Assembly (NCBI GenBank): GCA_963726195.1
Contig: CAVSBO010000008.1
Span: 132,879-196,878, forward strand
DNA length: 64,000 nucleotides
Direction of reading: 5' to 3'
Source of the DNA: Candidatus Thorarchaeota archaeon
GTDB taxonomy: Archaea; Asgardarchaeota; Thorarchaeia; Thorarchaeales; Thorarchaeaceae
Made by a program: the position numbers and the translations under genes
Shown here: positions 21,072 to 31,000 of the stretch, piece by piece
Layout of the letters: the number at the start of each line of letters is the position of its first letter
Numbering within the stretch: the first letter of the stretch is position 1
Notes under the pieces: model-generated
Database searches by the model: none
What the model saw: only the letters and a program-made list of their open reading frames with translations
What the model was told of the DNA's origin: nothing

Positions 21072-22781
21072 ATGAAAGCACTACAACTTATCAGGTCCAG
21101 TAGAAAAGCAAAGGCACTGCTTGTCAATGTCATTATTCTAATACTTGGCGTCGTTTCGGTTTTCTCTTTGACATACTATGCGGATGCTGAACATCCCTAT
21201 ACAATCGTGCATCATACACTTGAGTCCGGTGATGGGACTCTCATCCAAGGACTAGTATACACGCCGGTTGACACTTCGGGAAAATGTCCGGGTGTTGTAG
21301 TTGGACATGGGTTCTGTGAAAACAAGGAATACATGCAACCATTGTCAATCGAGCTTGTAAAACGAGGCCTCGTGGTTGTAAACATTGACTTTCGTGGTCA
21401 TGGATCTTCGGAAGGTTATCTGAGTGATTTTGAACGAAGCAATGGACTTGTCCTAGATATGCTGGCAGGAGTGAGATACCTAGAAGACCTGGGATTTGTA
21501 GATAGAATCGGACTAGCAGGGCACTCAATGGGTGGCGGCACTTCGATGCTCACTGCACTGCAAAATCCGACGAAGATTAATGCAACGGTTGCTATTGGAG
21601 CACTTTCAACGTTCTCTTCAAGTGGAAATATCTCTAAAGTGCCAAACCTTCTTGCTGTATTTGCTTCGCATGACCAAGGGATAACTCGGGATGAAGGGCT
21701 AAGTTTCCTGAGGTCATACACAGGACGTGAAGATGTTGAGATTGGTACCCTGTATGGGAATTTCGCAGCTGGGAATGCGACAAAGGTTTCTATAAGCCCA
21801 TACTCCGAGCATCTCATGGAGCCAATTGATTCTTCGATTATTTATGAAGCAGTTCAATGGTTTGAGTACGCTTTCAATGGAGCACCAGGAACAGATGTCC
21901 GGATAACTGCACAATACCTCATCGTATCGCTCGTCGTCTCACTCACTGGATTGCTTCTAGTTCTGTTCACATTCGTATCATACTTAGGAAGTTACATCTT
22001 CAAAGGAAGACAGGTACATCCTCGAGCATTGGACGAAAGTGGAAAATTCCCGCTCAGGCCCATCTTGGGATACTTGCTTGCAGCATTCATGGCCTTTGTT
22101 CTCTTGATCCCAGTCTCTGCCTTCTTCATGGATGTCGCGCCTATTACTATGTTCAACTCTGTCTTTGCGGGTCAGGCCGTCGGACTTGCCTTTGGAATTG
22201 TAGTGGTATCAATCCTTCTCTCATACAAAGGTGGTAAATTACAACTGCAGAGGATACTAACAAGAAGTAAGGAGATGACGTCGACTTCACCCTACTTATC
22301 ATTGGTGTATGGAGTCATCACTGGAATAGTGAGCATAAGTGCATTAATAGCTGTATTTGACTGGAGTATCGTAGCCTCGATGCCAACCACAAGAGAAGTC
22401 GGAGTCATCTTCTCACTCGTATTTCTGCTGTTCCCATTTTTCTTCCTGAAGGAGTTCTATCTACGTGGTTTCATTCAAGAACGCTTGAAATATGCCAGTA
22501 GAATCAGAGAGTACTTCACAATGCTGGTCACTGCGATAGTTATTGATACCCTAGTATTCATTCCTGTCATGATGATTGGCTGGCAATCAGTATCTCTCTC
22601 CTTCGTTGCTCTGGCTCTGACAGCTGTGACTCTGTTCATAATATTCCAACAGGTACTAACCACATGGGTCTACATGAATTCAGGTCGGAATATCCTTGGA
22701 TCGACTGTCTTCTACTGCATCCTTTTCGCGTGGATGATAATTTGCTTCTATCCATTTGGTCAACCAATGATGCTTCTGTAG
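21072..22781 (+). CDS. Alpha/beta hydrolase fused to a C-terminal multi-TM domain
   Basis: DFRGHGSS, GHSMGG, EHLME; about 8 C-terminal TM helices; lower GC than neighbours. Confidence 0.85.
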   Translation: MKALQLIRSSRKAKALLVNVIILILGVVSVFSLTYYADAEHPYTIVHHTLESGDGTLIQGLVYTPVDTSGKCPGVVVGHGFCENKEYMQPLSIELVKRGLVVVNIDFRGHGSSEGYLSDFERSNGLVLDMLAGVRYLEDLGFVDRIGLAGHSMGGGTSMLTALQNPTKINATVAIGALSTFSSSGNISKVPNLLAVFASHDQGITRDEGLSFLRSYTGREDVEIGTLYGNFAAGNATKVSISPYSEHLMEPIDSSIIYEAVQWFEYAFNGAPGTDVRITAQYLIVSLVVSLTGLLLVLFTFVSYLGSYIFKGRQVHPRALDESGKFPLRPILGYLLAAFMAFVLLIPVSAFFMDVAPITMFNSVFAGQAVGLAFGIVVVSILLSYKGGKLQLQRILTRSKEMTSTSPYLSLVYGVITGIVSISALIAVFDWSIVASMPTTREVGVIFSLVFLLFPFFFLKEFYLRGFIQERLKYASRIREYFTMLVTAIVIDTLVFIPVMMIGWQSVSLSFVALALTAVTLFIIFQQVLTTWVYMNSGRNILGSTVFYCILFAWMIICFYPFGQPMMLL

Positions 22782-22906
22782 ACGGATGTGTTCGTATACA
22801 AATCACAGGAGTCCCGAGATCGCGGGCTCTCATATGGAGCGATAACTCGGTTGCTATACAAGCGATTCGGAAGATCCTGGGATATCAGCTCAGTGGAGCA
22901 TTCCAA

Positions 22907-23992
22907 TCATACGGATTTCACGCCTTTGCGGCCCTTCGCCGCGGAGATCCTCTTGATCCGCGTGTCCAGAACGGGGTGATCGAGCAAGAATTCGACTCTC
23001 TTACTAATGCTGCCGTGTACTAGACTGTTCTCCGCCAGCTTGACCAATGCCGAGGCCATAGCATCAGGGCTCACGAGAATCGAGGCATACATATCAGCAT
23101 CTGTTTCCCACCGCCTCGAAATCCAAGGCAATATGAGCACCGGAAAACCGATGACAACGAAAGCCAACGATATCAGTGATAGGATTTGGATGCCTTCCGA
23201 AAGGAGGCCAGCAGCATTCAAAACCGTGAGAAGAGCAACCACATTTATGGCGACTAACGCTGGTACGAAGAAGGCTAGTACCTTCTTGACATAGTGTCGT
23301 CCCGCGACATGTCCCAGCTCGTGGGCCACGACGGCTGCTGTCTCTTCCTCGCTCAGAATCTTCTCAAGGTAGCTTGAAAGTGCAATGACGGAGTTTCTTC
23401 CGCCTCCAAACTGGAATGCGTTCGCCACCTTGAGGCGGCTAAGTTCCAAGTATCCAACCATACTCACATTGATGTTCGATTTCGCTATTGCATCCCAGAT
23501 GAGAGGATGTTCGTCACGGCTAAGCGGTCTGAGCTTCTTTTGTAGTCCTTGGCTTCTCATTGGGATGAATATCGATGCTGCCATTAGGGAAATCAGAATC
23601 CCGTCCATACTGATGTAGAAAACAATGGAATCCTGAGGGAAGACTGGCCTAAGCACTGTCAGAATTATCACAGTGGCAAAGATGATGTCATAGAATACGG
23701 GCTCAATAACGTTGAACCGAAAGTACTCTCCAAAGCTCGCCTCGATATGTCTATGTCTTGCTTCTAGTCGATACTTCGCGCGCATGATGGTGAGCTGCAC
23801 GAGCGTGACGGTGAACAACGCGACCAAGGCATAAACGGGCTGCCAGGTGGACAGGTAGCCCAATGTAAGTGGAATCAGGATGGCCCCCGAGAGCATCGAC
23901 AGTCCCGACAAGATTACGAACCGACTTCCAAGCCCGCGTGAATCGGTTCCGGTTTCGTCACCCATTGTCTTCCACCCATTCCTAGCTTTCAT
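22907..23992 (-). CDS. M48 (HtpX-like) membrane zinc peptidase
   Basis: NAFQFG, AHELGH, SRRWETDAD, DHPVLDTRI. Confidence 0.9.
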   Translation of the reverse strand: MKARNGWKTMGDETGTDSRGLGSRFVILSGLSMLSGAILIPLTLGYLSTWQPVYALVALFTVTLVQLTIMRAKYRLEARHRHIEASFGEYFRFNVIEPVFYDIIFATVIILTVLRPVFPQDSIVFYISMDGILISLMAASIFIPMRSQGLQKKLRPLSRDEHPLIWDAIAKSNINVSMVGYLELSRLKVANAFQFGGGRNSVIALSSYLEKILSEEETAAVVAHELGHVAGRHYVKKVLAFFVPALVAINVVALLTVLNAAGLLSEGIQILSLISLAFVVIGFPVLILPWISRRWETDADMYASILVSPDAMASALVKLAENSLVHGSISKRVEFLLDHPVLDTRIKRISAAKGRKGVKSV

Positions 23993-24101
23993 AGGAAGCG
24001 AAGTCTAACCCCCATCTCTGCCCTGTGCCACTATCATAGCACTTGCAAAGTGGGTTCCAATTCCTGCCGCAGCTTCCAGTCGGGTATGCGCCTTTCTCAT
24101 G

Positions 24102-25388
24102 TCAGCTGTCTTGGCCGCTCGCTAGTTCACCCATCTTACTCTCCCATTCGCGTGCTTGGCGTACCTTTACGTTCCTGTAAATCTGCCAGCCAAGGTACCC
24201 AATAACGGCAAACGAAGTGACCGCCGCAATCTCACCCACATTGGCGGTTGCACTCCCGAAAGGCTCTCCCTGCTCGACATGAACAATGACCGAATCGGAT
24301 GCTGGCCTGCTAAACAGATCATACACGACCAAAGTCACATTGTAGATGCCGGTGCTCAGCCCATCTAGGTCATAGGTGATAGAACCACCGGTCCACTTCC
24401 CGTTCTCATTGACTGCGCCATTCATGTATATCTCATATACACTAGGGGCCGTGGACTGAGGCGTCCAGACGATCTGATGAGCTCCAGATCCCGCTGTAAA
24501 CGACACATCACTCGGAGAGTCGATTGTAGGAGCTGTTGTCTCAGAGGCTACTATTCTGTATGCCAGCCTTAGATCATGAAATCTGAGTGTCTCGCAAAGG
24601 GGGTCAGTGCCATATCCACTGAACTGGATTGAAATGTACTTGACGAGGCGGCTTCCCTCTGGTTGCTCGGAGAGAAGATAGTCTTCGCCGCTAGGACATG
24701 TCATCCAAAGTCCGGATGGATAGAGGACAAGTCGGAGTGTGTCATGAAAAGGCATGGCATATGAGCTCTGATCAGTTTCGGTCGTTGTACCGTTGCTGTA
24801 CCTGTAGACCGAGTTGACACAGACCCCGCTTGTATCTGTCCAAGGATCGGCAACCTGTATCACTGCAATAGTTGCACCGTCGGCCGCGTGTAGGCCGAGC
24901 CTAATCCAGCCCCGTCTATCAGCCGCGCTTGCATTCATTTCGAACTCAGCAAAAAGCTGTTCGAAGTCGTGAAGCTCGAATGGTTGCTCAAGCGTACAAT
25001 AGTACAGAGGTCCGTGATTGCCTGTACCAGTTCCAACATCATCAGAGTAGAAATAGGTCCCAGAGCAATTGATTGAACCGAAAGTCACATTGACTGATGA
25101 ATCATGCGTCCAAGTGTTGTTTCCTCGGCCGTCGAATGCAGTCAAGTTCGAGCAGTCGTGATGCCAAGTGAACCTAATGACTGGGGTATCGACATCCGCG
25201 ACATTCACAGTGTCTCTGGCAGCATTGCCAGCGGAATCTTTGACCACAATGATATGGTTGTGTATGCCAGCTGTATCGAGTCCTTCGGCCATTGGCTTCG
25301 GCAAGTTGTATGACGCGAAGAGAATGCTCAACGTCAGAAGGCAGAAGACTGACAATGCTACCAGCCTCTGCCTGCTGCGATGAAGCAT
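24102..25388 (-). CDS. Surface protein with Ig-like domain and C-terminal TM
   Basis: Signal peptide; PTIDSPSD...GIYNVTLVVYD...SDSVIVHV Ig-like repeat; TM anchor. Confidence 0.75.
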   Translation of the reverse strand: MLHRSRQRLVALSVFCLLTLSILFASYNLPKPMAEGLDTAGIHNHIIVVKDSAGNAARDTVNVADVDTPVIRFTWHHDCSNLTAFDGRGNNTWTHDSSVNVTFGSINCSGTYFYSDDVGTGTGNHGPLYYCTLEQPFELHDFEQLFAEFEMNASAADRRGWIRLGLHAADGATIAVIQVADPWTDTSGVCVNSVYRYSNGTTTETDQSSYAMPFHDTLRLVLYPSGLWMTCPSGEDYLLSEQPEGSRLVKYISIQFSGYGTDPLCETLRFHDLRLAYRIVASETTAPTIDSPSDVSFTAGSGAHQIVWTPQSTAPSVYEIYMNGAVNENGKWTGGSITYDLDGLSTGIYNVTLVVYDLFSRPASDSVIVHVEQGEPFGSATANVGEIAAVTSFAVIGYLGWQIYRNVKVRQAREWESKMGELASGQDS

Positions 25389-25769
25389 TCGGTCTTCTAT
25401 GATAGATGCGCCTCCATAGCCCAGTACAGCAAATCAAGTACAAGGAGCAAAGATCGTATTTACGCGTTATGTCCGCTGAACCTGTGAGATAGGGGTTCGC
25501 AATAGCAATCGATCCGAATCTGGCATAGGTACCACACATACTAGGTAGGGGACTCATAGAGAAACGCGGCGAGGAGTCCCCCAAATTCAGTCTGGGGAGG
25601 AATCGCCGCCGCGGGGGACTTATGAGTTTAAATGTGACCCTGAAAAGTGAAGGATTGTATCCGACCGTGGCAATGCTGTGGTCGGGAGGGCGAAAGTCAA
25701 CCGCCCGAATGTCGCACGAAATGACGAGGTAGAGTTCCTACCGCGGATCGCAGTGGCAAGCCTACGACT

Positions 25770-26267
25770 TTAGTCGCGGGTAGTTGACCTATGTTTCAGT
25801 CTGAACGCGTAGACAATCTGGTCGTTGTGCCAGCTTAGGTAGTGTGAGACGCGACCTCCCACCTCAAACCCGCACGACTCGTAGAACCGCTGCGCATAGT
25901 CCATGAAGTCCCCCGTGTCCACGCGTAGCACATCTGCACTGCGGTGTTCAGCACCCAGCCTCTTGATGTGCTCGACCAGCTCCCTGCCAATTCCTTTCCG
26001 CAGGTAGTCGTGATGAACCACTATCGACTCTATGACCAGTGCTCTCCACCCATATTGGACTGCCGCGAATCCGACCACATCATGGCTAGCAGGGTCCTCT
26101 GCCACGAGCACTGTACCGAACTCCGGGTTCTGAGCGAAGAGGCCGATTCTCAGTTTCTCATGCGATAAGAACTGGGGACCGAAGTTCTCAGCGTTCAGAA
26201 TGATGTCTTGCAGAACAGGCCAGTCCTCAGGTCTGTAGTTTCTGATGATTGCCGCCATTTGGGTCAT
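25770..26267 (-). CDS. GNAT N-acetyltransferase
   Basis: VHHDYLRKGIGREL, AQRFYESCGF. Confidence 0.9.
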   Translation of the reverse strand: MTQMAAIIRNYRPEDWPVLQDIILNAENFGPQFLSHEKLRIGLFAQNPEFGTVLVAEDPASHDVVGFAAVQYGWRALVIESIVVHHDYLRKGIGRELVEHIKRLGAEHRSADVLRVDTGDFMDYAQRFYESCGFEVGGRVSHYLSWHNDQIVYAFRLKHRSTTRD

Positions 26268-26288
26268 CTCCGGGGACTTGCTCGCACC

Positions 26289-26350
26289 AAGAAAAGGAGA
26301 GCGGACGAGCTCCTCTCAGCTCTGGAATCTGACTAGGTCCGTTTCTCCCG
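26289..26350 (-). repeat. ~70-bp dispersed hairpin repeat, copy A (most diverged)
   Basis: Shares GACGAG...GACTA...TTCTC core with 40687, 45966 and 47759. Confidence 0.55.
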
Positions 26351-26412
26351 TTGATAGTGCAGGAACTCAGGACCGAGTTGCGCTCCGTGCGTGACCAACT
26401 ATCAATCCATCG

Positions 26413-27633
26413 TCACACCACAGGACGGACAAAACGCGCTCCTAGTGTGTTCATCTGAAAATGCTGAATAACGGGGCCATGCTTTCGTCTGCTTCGTGCT
26501 CTTCTGACTACGAGAACAAGGACGCCTGCGGCCGGAAAGGCAGCAATAACCAAAATGACTTGGAAGGGCGAAACAGTCCCCGGGAATGCCATTGGATATC
26601 TGTCAATACTGCCTGCTTCTCCCGGAATCGCATAGACACCAATTCCAAAGTAGCTGGCCCAGTAGTTGCCTGCATTCGCTGAATTGTCCCATGTATTATT
26701 CCCGCCTCTGTCACGAGCGTCTCCTGCGGTATTCCATCCGATTCTGTTTCCATAGAAAGTGTTGGAGATCCCCTCGACGTCTATTCCGTAGCTCGCGCCA
26801 TGAATGACGGTATTGTTCGCTATCAGGCAAGAGTTACCGTACATATAGATTCCAGGGCTTCCGCTGCCCGAAATGTCATTGTTGGCAATCACGCAGAGGT
26901 CCATCCTGCTGAGCATGAGTCCACGGCCCCTGCTTTGAGTTACGACATTTGTCACAATCTGACTGTGCGAGCATTCATCCATTGCGATTCCGTTCTGACC
27001 GCTCAGGTCAATCGTGTTGCTGGAGACAAGTAAGTGGGATGTGCCCCAAAGCTCAATTCCGTCCCCCCCACAGCCCGTAATCAAACACGAATCTATCACG
27101 CAGTCAGAAGAACCCGTCATCCAGATGCCATCAGATATTGACGAGTGAAAGTAGCAATCATCGATTGTCACATTGAGGGAGGATTCGAGAAACGCCCCGA
27201 TTCCTTCTCCAGACAAGGTGCAATGTGAAACAAGTCCGCTGGACACGTTATCGAACCATATGGCAGGATAAGTACCAGCCTCTTCGTCTAAAGCGGTCGT
27301 GGACAGTTCACAGTCACGGATGGTGAAATGAGCGGTGGTATCTGAAACACGAATGCACGAGTTCGTCGATACTATCGATAATTCTGATATGGTGTAAGGA
27401 TTCTGTACCGAGCCGTTGCCTGGCCATCCCTGCACTTGGAAGTCGCCGTTGTCCGTAATCACGATTGGGTGGTGTGTGGCGACCGACTGTACCTTAGTGT
27501 AGGAGTGAGGTGCCATCGCGAGCCCACTGGCGCCTAGACATGGCACCAGCAAGAGCGAGAGGATCACTGAGTATCGGACAAACAGAGCAACTGCCGCACG
27601 AAACACCCGCGTATACTTCCTCGTTCGTTCCAA
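26413..27633 (-). CDS. NosD-like right-handed beta-helix surface protein
   Basis: HHPIVIT..GWPGNGSVQNPYTI, parallel beta-helix repeats, GNYW, DRYP, TM anchor. Confidence 0.88.
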   Translation of the reverse strand: MERTRKYTRVFRAAVALFVRYSVILSLLLVPCLGASGLAMAPHSYTKVQSVATHHPIVITDNGDFQVQGWPGNGSVQNPYTISELSIVSTNSCIRVSDTTAHFTIRDCELSTTALDEEAGTYPAIWFDNVSSGLVSHCTLSGEGIGAFLESSLNVTIDDCYFHSSISDGIWMTGSSDCVIDSCLITGCGGDGIELWGTSHLLVSSNTIDLSGQNGIAMDECSHSQIVTNVVTQSRGRGLMLSRMDLCVIANNDISGSGSPGIYMYGNSCLIANNTVIHGASYGIDVEGISNTFYGNRIGWNTAGDARDRGGNNTWDNSANAGNYWASYFGIGVYAIPGEAGSIDRYPMAFPGTVSPFQVILVIAAFPAAGVLVLVVRRARSRRKHGPVIQHFQMNTLGARFVRPVV

Positions 27634-27795
27634 AAAAGGCTTCTGAAAGACTAGATGAGTGTCAACCTGAGGCGGACCGGAATTGTCATCTCAACCGACT
27701 AGGTTCGCCAAGCATTCCTGCTCGATTGCGAACAGCTGGTTCTCTTATCTGTAAGGCAAATAGTCAGGACCGGATAACTCGCTGCCCACGATGAA

Positions 27796-27880
27796 CTATC
27801 TGTCCAAAGTCACTCCGCAGAATGGACAACATGCGCTCTTTCCACTTTTCAAACAATCGACTTCAGTGGCTGGAAGCGCC
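27796..27880 (-). pseudogene. Orphan 3' tail of an LRR-zinc ribbon paralog
   Basis: LPATEVDCLKSGKSACCPFCGVTLDR versus LPQATVDCLKSGKSASCPFCSATIDR at 16102. Confidence 0.75.
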
Positions 27881-28092
27881 TGTCGGAAGCTTAGACAAAC
27901 TTGGGCATCGACTTGTAGGAGCTTATAATCGCAGCCAAGTATCTCAATCGTCGAGATTGAAACGACAAGAGTTCGGCTTCGAGGCGATTGAGCATGGTCT
28001 TGTCTCCGGAGGAACGAACACTCCTGCGTCCAACTTTGTCTAACTAGTGATGATGGGTTTTCCGGCTTTCTCTGACAACGCATGACGGGAAG

Positions 28093-31000
28093 ATGACTAC
28101 AGGATTGTTGCATAACGATGTGATACGACAGAGTGACTTGGACGAGTTGGCACCAAGGTCATCATTGGCGGGCGAGAATCAGAAGGCGAAGCATCTTACA
28201 GTGCGATTGGTGTGGCACGACCGAGCGTGGGATGGTCACATCTGCAACAGGCCAGGCCTGAACACATCATGCGTCATGCATGATTACGTTCGTGGTAGGC
28301 GAAATGATGGACTGGAGGACTCAAATGCAGGAAAGCCCGTTTCAGAGCTAGATTTCATTCCACCGTGTGGCAGCGATATGGGAGCGTTCTCCGGGTTTGG
28401 ATTCAGCATCAAGCACGATGATCCCTTCGAAAGGAGTTCTCTGGGTTCTGTTCAGGAGATTGTCCCACCGTTTAGCTGTGCTGCGCGGCCCTATGGTCGC
28501 ATGCTGGCCGATGATGACACAGAACACACTTGGACAAAAGAGGACGAACAGTCCAGACGACTGGAAGCATTCTTCGATGAGATTAGAGCGGCCGAGTCAC
28601 TAGTCTTCTTCTACGTTGAGCATGCGGATGACCTGGAGGTCGAAAGCGGCGAAAAGGTCGTCGTGGGTGTAAGCACTTTGAAGAAACTTGGTGACCAACT
28701 GTTCTTTGGGTCGAAGGAGACAAACGGACTCGAGCATCCTGTCTGGTCCCGAATAATCACACACGGCTTTCCGAATGAGGGCGTCAGAATTCCCTATCAG
28801 GAGTACATCGCTCAAGGCAAAGATACGTCAGATATCTTGGTGACAGTTCCACGAAATGCAAGGCCCGGGTTTTCACATGTCTCTGAGACTATTTCCGATG
28901 ACGTAGCAGTCGGCGTCCTTCAGAGGATATTCGCCTCCATCCGGCGTGTTCGAGATGATGGCTATGTTCATGGAACATGGGACAAGGCCTTGGTCTGGTT
29001 GGACGAAACGATTGGTCGCCTCTGGAAGGATAGGGGCCCTTGTCCGGGCATTGGACCTGTGCTCAACTACCTAGGTTTTAGAGGGGGCCGCAAGTACGCA
29101 GAGGAACTGGAGTCAGCAGGCAAGGACTTGGGTCAGTTCTTGATTCAGCTGCCCGCGTATACTGGATGGAAGTCAATCGCCGCCAAAACAGAGCCATATG
29201 TGGGATTGGAGTCGCGCGTCGGCGAACTGGAAGAGACTGCCCGCGGCTAGACAGAAGCTGCTTCACATGTTCTGCATTCTCGACATTAACAAGAAGCAAG
29301 TGGACTTCTGGGCAGACCCCGATGCTCGGAAAGAATTGGGGATTAAGTGCAGTGACGAAGATATTCTTGCGAACCGTTCATTGTTAGTTGGACAAAGTTG
29401 GACACAGGAGTCTTCGTCCGCCCAGAAACGGCACTGGGCTCAAACTCCTTGAGGTCAGGTTTGTGTCTTTTCGACCTCAATGATTGAATTCTTCACTGAC
29501 GCTTGTATACTCCTACAGTTTCGTGTCCAGCTTTGTCCAGATTTTCGGCGGCTGCCGCTGACGCCTATTTGCTTTGTGAGCAGAGTTCTGCCACACAGGA
29601 TTAAGCGAGCGTTTCCTTTGAAACAGTGGATCGAGCTTTGTACCGTTCATTGTTAGTTGGACAAAGTTGGACACAGGAGTCTTTGTCCGCCCAGAAACGG
29701 CACTGGGCTCAAACTCCTTGAGGCTGCAGCGTGTCGAGTCAACCTCAAGGAGCAGTCTGGTTCGAGCTATTTAAGCCCCCACTGGAAAATGCCCAAGACC
29801 GTCCAACTTCTACGCAGGCGTTGTCAACCCTGAGGACTCCGGTGTCAAGACAGCAGCCAGCTTGATGTCGCCGGGCCCGCATGAACACAATCGCATGCGA
29901 GCGGCTATGGCGGAGGTGCTTCGGAATGCAGGCAACACCGAAGGACACACGTTTCTTCTCATTGAAGACCTACTGGAGCGCGTAAAGAAGCAGTTCTCGA
30001 GACCGGGCATTTTCATTCCGGACCAGCAGCTCGTGTTGTACAATACTAGCCTCTACGAGCCGGTAGTTGCAATCACGGCTTCTGATTCTGGCCATATCGT
30101 TGAGCTGAGAGACTACGTGGAAATGAACGAGATTGTACACGATAGAATTCGCAGACTCGGAGAGTCCAGAAGCACCACGGTGGATGTAGATTGGGCTCCG
30201 ATCCTCAAGGAGGTTTTGAAGTCAGAAGTCGATGAGAGGGATGAAAGGGAAGTCGCCTCACGAAAGGAAAAGAAAGACGCCCTAAGCAAACTGGCATCAC
30301 ATAGATTGTCAGTACTTGTGGGTGCCGCCGGAACCGGGAAGACCAAGGTGATTGGAGCATTGCTGGCTGGTCTCAAGAAGGCAGAAGGCTCGTTGCCGGT
30401 ACTACTGCTTGCGCCAACTGGCAAGGCCAGAATGCGACTTCAGGAGGAAACATCGGAAGTGGCATTCACGATACACCAGTTCCTCATGGAGAAGGACTGG
30501 ATCAATCCTAAGAACTACGCTCTCTGCAAGGCAGGTGGAAAACTAGCAGAGGTTGACACAGTCATAGTTGACGAGGCGTCAATGGTACCGCTCAATCTCT
30601 TTGCAGCTCTTCTTCGTGCATTCGACTGGAATCGTGTGAGAAGGTTCATTCTCGTCGGCGACCCAAACCAGTTGCCGCCAATAGGGCCGGGAAAGCCATT
30701 TGTCGATATTCTTGCGTGGCTACGCTCGAATGAGAAGACGAAAGAACTGGTTGCAGAACTGATTACGAGGTCAAGGTTCGAAAGCCGGGATAGCGAAGCT
30801 CTTGAACTCGCGGACAGCTATGTCTGGGATTCCAGAGATCCGACAGATGATGTGATGCTCTCTCGGATTGCTAGGTCAGACACAGGCGGGGATCTCGTTG
30901 TCAGGTTCTGGAATGGAAAGGAGGACCTTGAGAGACAAATCGCCGAGTGTATGAACGAGGAGTTAGGCCTCAAGACAGGTGAGAATGATTACAGGTCACT

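Noticed and set aside
25696-25706. GTCAACCGCCC as the start of an IscB omega-RNA/HEARO
   Set aside because: The following characteristic hairpin is absent and no IscB or TnpB gene is nearby
29373-29723. 82-bp direct repeat read as a CRISPR array or a target-site duplication
   Set aside because: Only two copies and too long for a CRISPR repeat; the repeat is the non-coding left arm of two separate inserts, and native coding sequence lies between them
29376-29828. Archaeal bulge-helix-bulge introns
   Set aside because: No convincing 4-bp central helix with 3-nt bulges at the junctions; not fully excluded because the right arms may be mis-called
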